Positions 25,604 through 37,940 of a stretch of DNA of 64,000 nucleotides are shown one piece after another; positions within the stretch are counted from its first letter, which is position 1; each line of letters begins with the position of its first letter. The notes under the pieces were generated by a model. It made no database searches, was not told the DNA's origin, and worked only from the letters and a program-made list of their open reading frames with translations. Source of the DNA: Antechinus flavipes (taxonomy: Eukaryota); NCBI RefSeq assembly GCF_016432865.1, contig NC_067401.1, forward strand, positions 323,578,001 to 323,642,000, written 5' to 3'. A program made the position numbers and the translations under genes.

Positions 25604-25659
<56 letters not shown>
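25581..25659. repeat. Compound (CA)n-CG-(TG)n-(TA)15-(CA)n microsatellite forming two overlapping perfect palindromes
   Basis: Palindrome 1 is 25588-25619, centred on CG at 25603/4. Palindrome 2 is 25608-25659, centred in (TA)15. Confidence 0.95.
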
Positions 25660-25661
<2 letters not shown>

Positions 25662-26240
25662 ATAAAACATATGATTATATATGGCTATATATATGGATAG
25701 AATTTTCACCTTCTCCAATGCTCTTATTTAAAAGATCAGCAAAGTGAACCCCTGGAAAGTTAAATTACTTATCCAAGAATAAATAGTAAGTTAACAAAGA
25801 ATGTGATTTAAACCTAACTCCTTTGACTTCAAAGTTAGTGTTATTTTTTTCTAGCTGTGATATAAAAATCCTTTAATATTAAAGAAAAATGTCATATTAC
25901 CTTATTGCTTTGAGTTTATTCTAAACTTTTGCCAGAACTTTGTTCCCTAACCATTACAGAACACTAGTTCATCTTCACTTCTGAATGTCCATTTGAATGA
26001 AAAATGATTAAAATGTCTATGTCTTTAAGCCCACTGATTTTGCTATGAGATGGATGATCAAAATGGAAAATAATAGCTTGGATTTACAGGATGATTAAAT
26101 GCTTGCAAAGCACTTTAAAAATAATCTCATTTAATCCTTTCACTGACCATTTGAAGTAGTGCCATTATTATCTCCATTCTACAGATGAGAAAACTTGTGC
26201 AGGTATACATTAAGTGACTTATCCAGGGTCTCACAGCTAT

Positions 26241-26474
26241 TTGAACTCAAATCTGGTGGATTCAAGGACAGCCCTCCAACCACTGCATCAATTAGCAGCC
26301 TAAAGAAATCATTACAAAGATAAATGTTCAACAAAATATACAAGGTTGAACTCAAATCTGGTGGATTCAAGGACAGCCCTCCAACCACTGCATCAATTAG
26401 CAGCCTAAAGAAATCATTACAAAGATAAATGTTCAACAAAATATACAAGGACTTTTTATATACAAGGACTTTTT
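26241..26474 (+). repeat. Perfect 105-bp tandem duplication with an adjoining 17-bp tandem duplication
   Basis: 26241-26345 is identical to 26346-26450. ATATACAAGGACTTTTT occurs at 26441-26457 and 26458-26474. Confidence 0.95.
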
Positions 26475-27611
26475 ATGCCAGCTGATATCGTGAGACCAAC
26501 TGAGGAATGGCTGGATGTCAAGGCTTATAGAGGAGGCATGGGAAACCTTAAATTTCAGAGTAAAATTCAATCCATGTTTAAGGAAAATAAAATAAAATAA
26601 AATAAAATAAACTTTTGCCAGATCCTTTCTGTACATCTTCAATGCTCTAAGTCAGTTATCAGTATTTATTATATATCTATTGTTATGGAGAAGGAACTTA
26701 AACAAGACCATCAAATCTCCATTGTCAGGAATGATGTAGAATTTTAATTGAGCCCATCCTGTTCCCACTGTCATATACAGAGATAGGCAGAACTCCTGAG
26801 ACTTGTCTTGTTAGAATATCTAAAAGCATACTCAACTGCTCACTCCCCCCAATTCCTTCGATTCTATCCTTATTTTCCTACCCCTCTTCCCTCTGACCTT
26901 AAAAAGTCCATTTCACTGATGACTCATTGCTCAAATTTTTTTTTTTTATTTTGTCCATGACACATTAATAAAGGGCCTTTGTGACTATGATAACATCTAA
27001 TGTGAATACTTCACTTTTCCAACCACTCTCCCACAACCTGGTACTTCTTCAGTACCATGTGCCAAATACTATGCTAGGGTTACAAAGAAAGACAAAAGAC
27101 TTAAAGAGTTGACATCATTCCTCAGGAATACAGAAAAGACTAAGTTGAGAGAAGAAACTTATAGGTTTATAGTCCCCCTTATAAGTGATTTTGCCCTGCT
27201 CTGACCCAGTCCCCCAAACCTTGATACATTCTAATCTTTTTCATATCCTAAATTTCTAAAGCCCTTGAATGTGCATATTTTGCCAGATGTTTTCATTTTT
27301 TAAATCATTTATTCTCCTTTCATTGTATGAGATCTGACTTCTGGCTTCAATTCTATTAAAATTAAAAATAAATTATATTAACAATGCACTTCACTGTGCA
27401 TCTATAACTCATGTGGTCTCTTTCGAGATACTCTTAAATACCACTGCAGCCTATCATAATCATTCAGTAAGGAATGAAATACTGAATGACAATAAGTGCT
27501 GTCTTGAGACCCTAGTATGATGGTCTTGCCAAACTGCTGCTTATATGGGATAGGAGACCATTCAGCTTAAATATTTATACTGTTTCTCACCCCTAAATTG
27601 CTACTGTAGAA

Positions 27612-27802
27612 TAGGGGTGCTTAACCCTCCTTTTAACAGTATGATGAAGCTCTTTGAATCCTTTCTCAGAATATTTAACATATTTGAAAGAAATGTTAAT
27701 TTTTATTTTGAGAATAGTGAAAATGATGTAATTTTTTTCCATCCAAGTTCATGAACCCCCTGAAATCTGTGGTGCTGGTAGATCCCAAATTAAGAACCCC
27801 TG
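27612..27802. mobile_element. hAT/Charlie-type non-autonomous DNA transposon
   Basis: Ends TAGGGGTGCTTAACC and ATTAAGAACCCCTG are inverted repeats. Confidence 0.7.
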
Positions 27803-30800
27803 AACTAAAGGATAAAATGAATATTATTCAAAATATCACATTAAGTTATCTGTAATATGTCAACAATCCATTATTCTTTCTTGACTCTTCTTAGTTTATG
27901 GACCCTTGAGTCCACAGGTTATTAAGAAATTTAGCATATTTTGATCACACAGTTAAAAAATAAATAAATAAAGGTCAAGTGCTCCTATAAGGAATTATCT
28001 GCCTCTAAAAGTCTCCAAAACCACTTCTTGTTTGTTCTTATATATTTTGGGTGGAAGAAATTTTAGAACCACCTTCACACTAAGCTTTTGGAAAGTAATA
28101 AAGGAAAGGTATATATCCAGGAATCTATATCAGGATTAGTGATGAATCCTGCAACGTGGCACCATATGATAGGTCTTCTTAATTCAAAATACAAGTGCAA
28201 GGCACATATGAAGAATTCACAATGGTTTTCTCTTTACTAAAAAAAAAAAAAAAAAAAAAAACACCTTTATTTATGAGAAGTTACAGACAAAATGAAGAGG
28301 TAAAATAGACACCAGGAAATAGTATTGAGAAAGCATATAGTTAGCAAGAAAAGGAATTTTAGATAAAGGAGAAAATAAGAGAAATGTCCCCAGCCCAACA
28401 TGTTATCACAATGCTTGCCACTTTCAAGAATACATGACCTGCTCTTGTTTTACACTCCGAACTTTCTCTCTGTTCTGGATCTACATTGTAGACACACTTT
28501 GACCACTGCAATGTATTACATGGAACCCTGGGATACTGAAACCCAGGACAACAGCCATTTGTACCACATATTCCTATATCAATCAAGACATTTGATTCAA
28601 AAACACTGGAAGAATAAATAGGCAACCAACTTTAGAAGCCAGCATTCATTTCTTGTACCTTGCTATTTCTTACTCAGCTTCCTGTGCATTGGGAAAGTAT
28701 GGTCATTGCCCTACCCAAACTTTCAGCTTAAGTTGTATAGCTATCAAGTTATGAGTAAAAGGCAGTAGCTTACAGATATTATCAACAACTTGGGGGTTTC
28801 AAAATATTTTCATTTCAAAATAAATATTATCTAAAGTCTCTATTTTCTTCTTTGTCTCTGAAAGCCTGTCTTAAATCTTAAATATCATATGAAATGAGTT
28901 ATAATTGGAGACAGTAAGACAGAATACAAAGTACCCTAAATATGAAATCAGGAGAAACTTCAGCTTGAATTCTGATTGCAGGGTTCATTAAGTGTGCAAC
29001 AATGGGCAGATCATTTAACCAATGTAAGCTTGTTTCCTCATCTATAAAGTGAATATCAATACTCATAATACCTAACATAACGACCATGAAGAAGCATTTT
29101 TGTAATCCTTAAAACCATAGAAAAATCCAAGTTATTATAGTCTGATCCAAAGAAAGTTTTCCTCAATGAATTAAAAACCTTGATACTGAATTAATATATT
29201 ATTGTATTTTTGACAAATAAATTATTTATAAATATTATGTAAAATGAATATTTATTTTATAAAAATAACTTAAAAACTGAAATGCATATCACAATTCATT
29301 TGTAATTTATAGCCTTAAAGGGGTGTATAGGATAACAAAAGGAGCTAGGGGAAAGGAAGAAAGAGAAATAGAGAATGAATATTTACTTACTATGTATGCA
29401 TTACTATGATGCTATGTGCTACTGTAACAAATAGAAGCCATAAAATAATCTCTGGCCTCATTGAATTTACATTCTAATGGAGAAAGACAAGATGACAGAA
29501 GATAAAAGGTGGTACATTGTAACACAGTATGTATCAACCCAGGTCTTTCCAGTTGTAAAGCCAGTCCTTTCTCCAAAACAAAATGCTTTATGGAGAAGTT
29601 TAGGTACTTTTTAATAGGTCTTTGATTTCACTGGTATTGGGCTGTACCAGTAAGGAACTACCCTCTATCAATGTAGATTTGCAGTTCTCCAGCAACAATT
29701 CTCCTTTTTAAGTTTTGCCTAGGACACTGAGTGATACAGTATGTGTCAAAGGCAAAACAAGCCTAGTTCTTCTTCAATGGCTCTTTATGCCCTCCTGCAT
29801 CTGCAGTATGAGATCAAAGCGTTTATTACAGTCTTCCGTAAAGAGAAAAGAGTAAATACAATATGTATGAAAATAAGTATAGGAAAGGCTTCATGGTGGA
29901 ACTATAACCTGAGCTAAGCCTCAAAAGGAAAATAAGGGATTCCAAGAGGAAAAGATGAGAAGCAAATAGAAAGTTACTAAAACTAAATTGATCACAAGAG
30001 GAGAGGAATAGAACATAATGATTTTCAGAGTCAAATTGTGATGCCTTTAAGAAATTAATGGAATTTTCTAAATAATACAATGATTGGGCATTGCCTGGGT
30101 CAAATTGAAACCTATTAAAGACTTTAACTTCAAGTCTTTTTAAGTTTAAGTCTTTGAAGAACCAAGTCCTCCAAATCTATATCTGACCATTGGGTCAAGA
30201 TAGCTCAGTAAAAGAAAGTGAGGCTGGTGACTTTGAACAGCCCCTCACTTAAATCATTTAATCATTTAAATCACTTTAAAAATCTGCATGTCATGGCATC
30301 ACTTCCTTAATGTCACAGTCTCTTGGGAAGGAAGGACACACAATAATAACAAAGTAGTCACATTTGAAACTTGGGTCTTCTTGACTCCAGACTCACTTCT
30401 CTATCCAAAGCTCCTACTAGTTATATATCAAGGTATTTTGTGTATATCTCTTCTACTATGTGCTCATCAGCTAAAAAGCAAACAAATAAAATTGATAACA
30501 TTTTCACCGATACTGCCAAAATTTCTGTTCCTTTCCCTAAAGAAAGGAATTTTATAGTGAGTTGATAAATTTTCATCTAATAAGAATTGTATTTAATGAC
30601 CACTGTGTACAATAAACTTTAAATTATCTTAATATTGTAAAGATATTTTGGCATAATGATTATTACACCTAGGCATCCCATTTTAGCCAAACCTCAAAAG
30701 TATTGTTATTATTTATCTCCTCAGATCAATGAATTTTATGAAAAAAAGATAAACAGCTTGAACGATATCATTCATGGGGAAGTGGAGAGAATGAAAAATG

Positions 30801-32479
30801 GGAGGATCCACAAAATATACACTATCAATTTTTTAGAAGCAATTAAATACAGCATTTGGTTTACATGATAATACTGATGTTGGGAAGCACCTTTCACTTT
30901 GCATGTGCTGCATTTATGCACTTCTGTCTCAAATCCTACTTAATAATTTAATCTGATACTATTGCTACCATCTGTTCAGCACTGTGCTTGGCCAGTTTCA
31001 AAACAACGATCACTGTCACTATTCTAGTCAGACCATGATATGTATGGGACAAAAGCTAAACAAATGAAAAGATAGGCAGGCAGATAAAAGCATGTTCCAA
31101 AACAATAGGAGCTCATCTGAAAAAGCATTCTAAGCTCATCACTGTTCAAACCAACAAATGGGAAGATTCTATTCCACAGGAACAGAGAAAGGAATGGGAA
31201 AGTTTACAGACTGTTTGGTCAGTTAGGGATTAAGTGATGTTCTATGGACAAGTCTTCAGTGGGAGATGAGGGCTGGACTTTGATTTGATTGAGGGTCAGT
31301 ATATAGGAGAGGATAAGAGTATACGTATTTAATCATCTTTCATGAGCCAGAAACAGTGCTAAGTAGAAATATTTTCTCATTTGATATTCACAACAATCCT
31401 GCGCATTATGCGCATGATGATGTTATCATCATTTTATATAGAGGAAACTAAGGCAAAGAGAAGTGAAGTGATTTGTCCAATATTACATAGCTACTAAATA
31501 CTGAATCTAAATCTAAATGTTAAACATCTAATGCTAGATTCATTGTACCACCTAGTTTTTTTCTGTTCCTATGGCAGGGCTGACTGGGGGGGAGGGGAGG
31601 AAGGAATTTCCTAGAAAGTTTGAATGGGAAAGACTTTTAGAAATTGTCTAGTAAGATTCTGCAGATGAAGGAAATAGCTAGTGCCTCCAAGGTCAAATAT
31701 GGAATTCTTTGGCTTCTAAATCACTTTATATAACATAACCCTTTCCTATCTTTCCAATTTTCTTCAATCTTACTCCCCCTTCCAATATGTTATAACTTAG
31801 TGACTGATCTCCTTGAAGTTCCTTGTATAAAACACTTCATCTTCTAGCCCAATGCATTTTTACTGGCTATCTCTTCAGTTTAGAATTCTCTACCTTTTTT
31901 TTTTCCCCTTCAAATCCTAGCTAAAATTTTACCTTCTTCAAGAAGCCTTTCCTTGTTCCCATGAATGTTACTACCCTTCACTTAAGAATATCTTCAATTT
32001 CTCCTCCATATATCTTGTTTACATATAATTGTTTGCATATTCAACTCTGAGCTCTTTCAGAGGATGAACATTTTCCCCTTTCTTTGTATCTCCAGTGCTT
32101 AGCACAGAGTCAATGCTGAACAAGTGTGTGTTGAGTTGACTCAGGAGAGTTTACATGACTTATCATAGAATTATAGATTAATTCTGGAAGGATGTTAGAG
32201 GCTATATAGTACACTTCCCTCATTTTGCAGATGAAACACATTAGTTTTATAGACAGCAAATGACTAGTTTGAGGTCATACTGATAGTAAGTTGCAGAGCT
32301 GGGCTTAAAACCCAAGACAATATAGGACCACAGCATAACATGGTCATAGAACCATAGGATGACAGATCTAGAATTGGAAGAGACCTCGAAGACCATCTAG
32401 TCTCTTTTTGCAGATGGAGAAATGAAGGAAATTAAATGACTTCTCCAAAGTTGCATAATTACTGAGCATCAGAGTAGCC

Positions 32480-33270
32480 ACCTATTTAAACAGTTCATTG
32501 CACTACTAATTAACTCAAATTATCAAGAAGGTTTTCTGATCATTAAATTGAAATTTGTTTCTTTGCAGCTTCCACTGATTTTTCTTGGAGCTCTGGGATA
32601 AAATATTATCAAGTCTTGTTGCTCCTTCACATGACACTCCTTCACATACTTAAACACAGCATCAATTCTTCAATTAATCTTTTCTTGAAGCAAAGGATTG
32701 CCAGTACCTTTAACCAACCTTCATATGACATGGATTCAAGGTCATTTACATTCTGATTTCCTTTGTAAATATACTTTTATTTATCAGTATCTTAAATTGA
32801 GTCATCTAAGACTGAAGACAATGTTCTATATGTGGTCTAATTAGAACAGAAGGAAAAAAATACTATCAACTCTTAAATTTCTACAATCTATGCTTCTTTT
32901 AAAGACGGATAAGATCAAATTGGTTTCACACTGAGCCTGCAATTCACTAAAACTACAATTTAGCCATGTACTATCTTCCACTTGTGAAATTGTTTTTCTA
33001 TATCCAAATGTAAGCTCCCATTTATCCCTACTGAATTTGAACCTCCAAGATTCATCCCAATGCTTTAACTCATGAAAGACCTTTTAGATCCTGACTGCCA
33101 TTTAGAATATTAGCCATCCCTCTCAGTTCTGTGTTATCTATAAATCTGATGAGTATTCAATTTATGATTTTATTCAAGCAATATAAAAATGTTCAATAGG
33201 TTAGGGTCAAGATCCCTAGGCACTCCAATGGAGATGTCTTTCCAATATGACATGGAGCCATAAATAACAA
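32480..33270 (-). mobile_element. L3/CR1 LINE 3' part
   Basis: The reverse complement resembles the L3 ORF2 end (ATCAGACCACAT.TGGA.TATTGT.TTCAG.., CCATGTCATATGAAGG..GGTT.AAGG.ACTGG.., GCTGT.TT.AAGTAT.TGAAGG..TGTCATGTG) plus the upstream RT region. Confidence 0.8.
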
Positions 33271-34335
33271 CTTAGATTAAAAACTATATATATATATACA
33301 CACATATATATCCTCAGCATTTAGCATTGTGCTGGGCATATAACAGATACTTAATCAACATTTAATATTTAATAAATATTTAGTATTTATTAATTGATTT
33401 AATTAAACAGTTCTGAATTTATTGAATTCTATTATTATCTAGTCTACATTTCTCTACCTTTTCCACCATACAAGAACAGGATATTTTGTCAAATGTTTTG
33501 TTGCAATCTAGACAGGATCTACTTGATATTGATTCCGCAGGTCTGTTTGTTTTGTATACCTTGTCAGAAAAAGGAAAAGAAATTAATCTGGCAAGATCTA
33601 TTCTTAATTAACTTATGATGGTTCTTTTTAATTATGCCTTCCTTTTCTACAGGTTCACTAATAATTTTTTAAATGATCCATTCAAGAATTTCCCCAGGAA
33701 TACTGGAGTAGTTTATTAGAAAATATCAAATGAGCAACATGGTAACATTTCAGCACCTTTACAAAAACAATTAAGATTTATCTTGATAAATCTCTGTATC
33801 TCTGTTCTGTATTCAAATAGCCATTATATTTTTACTACACAATTTTAGCACTTATATGCTATATTGTCAACTAATTTATTGTATGCTTTAGTCTTGTCTC
33901 CCCAATTAGATTGGTGAAGTTCTTGAGGGGGATCTTATCTGATTATATATTTTCAAAGCCCACAGGGCCTGGGTACATAGTAGGTATACTAAGTCACTAA
34001 TAAGTAAATACATATTTATCAATTGGATAGTAAAGTTGAAGGTTATAAATAGCTCCCAAAGTACACAAACAAGTTATAGTAGATCATTGATCCTGTCCCA
34101 TCCACTATTTTAAATACTTTGAAATTTGAGAATTAGCTTAGTTCTTTAATTCATAGCATCCTCTCCTCAGAAAAGTTAGAGCTTAAGAGTTCCAACATAG
34201 CTTTGCTTGTTACCAAGTCAATCTTACCTCTTTTCCCTATGTTACCCTGGCTACAACCAGAAATTTCCACAATATTAATTTACTCCAGAAAACAGGTGAT
34301 TCTTCTCCTCCTCTATCTTCAATTCAAGAAGAAAG

Positions 34336-34495
34336 GGGGCAGCTACGTGGTGCAGTAGACAGAATACCAGCCCTGAAATCAGGAGGACCTGCGTTCAAAT
34401 ATGGTCTTAGACACTTAATACTTCCTACTATGTGACTTTGGGCAACTCACTTAACCCCAAACGCCTCAGCAAAAAAAAAAAAAAAAAAAAAAAAA
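34336..34495 (+). mobile_element. WSINE1-type SINE with A25 tail
   Basis: GGGGGCAGCTACGTGGTGCAGTAGACAGA...GGAGGACCTG.GTTCAAAT...TCACTTAACCCCAA..GCCTCAGC followed by poly(A) at 34471-34495. Confidence 0.9.
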
Positions 34496-37227
34496 GATGA
34501 AGAAGAGAGGAGAGGAATTTAATACCTTTCACTACTTTTCCTATTAGAAGTAATTACTACAACAGCAAAGATAGAAGGCAAGTACTGCCTCTTAATACGT
34601 AGAACTTCATTAACTGCAAGTCTATTATACTAGATTTGAACAACACACTTCATAGCACTTGATAATGCTTATCACTCTTATCCTAACTCCAGAAAATAAC
34701 ACTAGCTAATTACAATTAAGTTTGTACAAGACCTAACATCATTATATTCATTTTATTGTCCTGTATAATATAAACAATGATATTTCCAGGAAATTAGTAG
34801 TGTACTCTATTCCACTTAGCTTGTTCTATTAATTCACTTACCCTCTTTGAAGAAAAAGTAATGATATACAAACACTTAAAAATTCATATTTCCTTGAAGA
34901 CCATCAAAAATGCTAGCTACAAATAGTTCAATTTTATGACCTCGTAGATTTGCTTTCAAAAGTTAGGTAAATTTTTAACCACTATTTACATGCTTCCAGT
35001 TTTCTAAATTAGAAACTTGCCTTCCTTTAATGTTAGAGATAGATATGAGAATAGTTTACATACTGTACTTTGGATGAAATACCTAATGAAGGAAAACAAA
35101 TGTGCAATAGAGTTCTTTACAGAGGCCAAAAGAGAGATTCTAGCCTCAAGTGAAAGACTGCCATCTACAGGGAAATACTTTAGAATCATGAAAACTATAC
35201 AAAAAAAAATTCTACTTTTCTAAAGGAGGAAGTAAGAAAGAAAAATCCAAATTTCCAAAACAGTTCCTAAAATGAAACTACTAAAAATGAAAAATGGACC
35301 CAATTTTCAAAACAGAACAATACATTTTGGAACAATAACAACAAATATGAAAGGATCTTCATTCAAGGTCTTGAAATTCTATCCAAGGATAGAGAGATTG
35401 GCAGTGTGGGGTAACAAAAAGAGTATTAGAGCTGGAGTCAAAAGACCTGTTACAATTCTTGCTCTGATATTCATAACTTGGAATAACTATGGACAAGTCA
35501 TTTATCTTCTATAAGTTCATTTTGCTAGTCCTGTGTTATATGTATGTAATGTAAAGTTTAATACAAAGAGGCAGGTTATATAGAAATAAATACTCTGTAA
35601 AGTGATATATAAATCAAAGCTATTAATGGATGATGGCTCATATAAAGTGATGTGTGAATACCTTTTCAAACTGCTTGGTATCTGAAACCAATTTCATATA
35701 TCTAGTATAGTATATCTAGTAACAGTAAAAGGATAGCAACATTTAATCAGAAAATTAAAAATAGGAAAATTCTGATAATATAAAAATATGCAAATGGTCT
35801 TAAAATTTAAAGGACAGATTATGAGTATAAGGAAGAATTTGTTCCATTATAAAGGATGATTCTAAAAAAACAACAACCAAAATAACAATCCAAAATACCC
35901 ATGGAAGTCATTTCATTCAAAAGTGCCCCCAAATATCAAATGTATTACTATTCATTTTATTTTTCTGATAATACCTAAATAATATCCTGAAAAAGAAAGA
36001 TTGGGGGAGGGGGTAGAAATCATAGAACAGGTTCTTTTCTAGAAAGCTCAGCCCTTAAACAATATCCAAAAGAAATCTAATGGTTCTTTCTACATTCTTT
36101 GTACCTCCTGTGATTTTTGAAAATGCTTCACATATGGTTAAGATGAATGCAGCAATTAATATGCAATTAATAAGCTGGTGTGATCAACTGCTTTTGTTGG
36201 AAGAGACAGCTGGTTCCCATACAAAATGATAATTAGACAAATTAAGACAAACCACTTTTGTTTGCTGATGAACTGACAGCATTGCCTGATGATAGTTAAA
36301 TGTTACCAACTTTATTTGATTTTCTACCAATATTGAAGGAGTGTCTCAGTGAAAGCAATTTTTACCATTTATGAAGGGAAAAGAATTCAATGTAGTATTT
36401 TTCCCCTTCTTACTACATCATTGAATGGACAGGATTCTCCCTTTCAATAACAAAACTATGCTTCCTTACAAAAAATAGGAGCTGGTAAGGAGAGTACCAG
36501 TACAGGAAGCTATTTGTAGGTGCAGAGAAATACTAACTTAAATTCAAAAAACATTTACAAAACACTATCTAGAAATAATGGGATTTTGTCTCATGAATGA
36601 ACATGTGGAGGGTCCTATGTAGTAGAAATAGTCTAAGTAGTAGCACTACTGTCAGAAAAATTCTAAATATTTTTCAGGACTGATTTCTATATTAGTGAAA
36701 ACACATAGTATACCAAAGAGAAAATAAGAAAAAATGGCATTAACTTAAGAAAAATCCCAAACAAAAGCTCAACGAGTAATGGTTAAAATATAGGTTAATA
36801 GCAAGTTGTTTATCTTGTCCTAAAGCACTTAAATTGCAAGCATTCTTATTTCTAAAGTTGTTTCCTAAGAATGAAGCTCCACAATTTGGATTTATAAAGT
36901 CCAAAAAACTGCCACTGTACCACCTACACTCATTAATTATAGCTAGAGGACAACAGAGAGAAGGAAAAAAAAAATAATTACAAAACTAATAATTGTGTCC
37001 ATTTACTAGACGAAACAGACATAATTTAAAATCCAAGTCCTAATATGGAGTCTGCAGGAAACCCATTGATTTTATCAAAAGAAAAAAAAATCTTTAGCTC
37101 CTCCCAAATCAACATAGCAGGTTGCTGAAGAGAAATCCAAAATGTAATATTTAGAAGCTATTCACGCAGCTATAAAGCTAAACTTAATTAAAAATATGAA
37201 ATTTTAAATATGTACTATTTTTTTAGT

Positions 37228-37940
37228 TAAAATGTCATGACAAATGTTGGAAGGGCTGTGAGAAATCAGGAACATTAATATACCATTGAAACTGTAAATT
37301 AGTACAACTACTCTGGAAAACAATTTGAAACTATAACATTTGACCAGGGTCAAAATAACTAGACCTATACTATAGTACTTTATGAAGAGATCAAAGAAAA
37401 AGGAAAGGATGCATGCAAAAAAAAAAAAAAAAATTACAAGATCCCTTTCCATAGTTGGAGCTGGAAACTAAGAGGGTACCCATCAACTGGGGAATAACTG
37501 AACAAATTATAGCATAGGAGTATACTGGAATACTATTATGCCATAAGAAATGACGAAAGGAAAAGAGATAGTTTACAAAGAATCTTGGGAAAACTTGTAT
37601 GAATTAAAGCATGATGAAGACAGTAGAACTAGAAGAATTTTATACAACAATCACAACATTATAAAGTCAAATAACTTTGAAAGATTTAAGAATGTTGATC
37701 AATATAATGATCAACCATTATTCTAGAGGCCTAATAGTTAAACATGCTATCTATCTCCTGAAAAAGAGGTAATGGATTCAGTACAGAATGAAACCTATTC
37801 TTTGGGTATGACTAACATGCGAAGTTACTTTGCTTTTCTATTACAAAGTTATAGTTTCTGTTGAAGTTTTTCTTGACATAATGGACAAATGAGAGGCAGA
37901 GAAAATAAATTTGCTGATTGCAATTATTAGATAAATAAAT
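37228..37940 (+). mobile_element. Old LINE-1 ORF2 3' end and 3' UTR
   Basis: Degenerate version of the same ORF2 C-terminal region as 2104-3212 (CAAATGTTGGAAGGGCTGTG.GAAA.CAGG.ACA.TAAT..., TGCCCATCAA.TGGGGAAT). Confidence 0.8.

Noticed and set aside
26179-26448. ORF with an internally repeated 35-aa peptide
   Set aside because: It is a by-product of the 105-bp tandem duplication over MIR-derived sequence.
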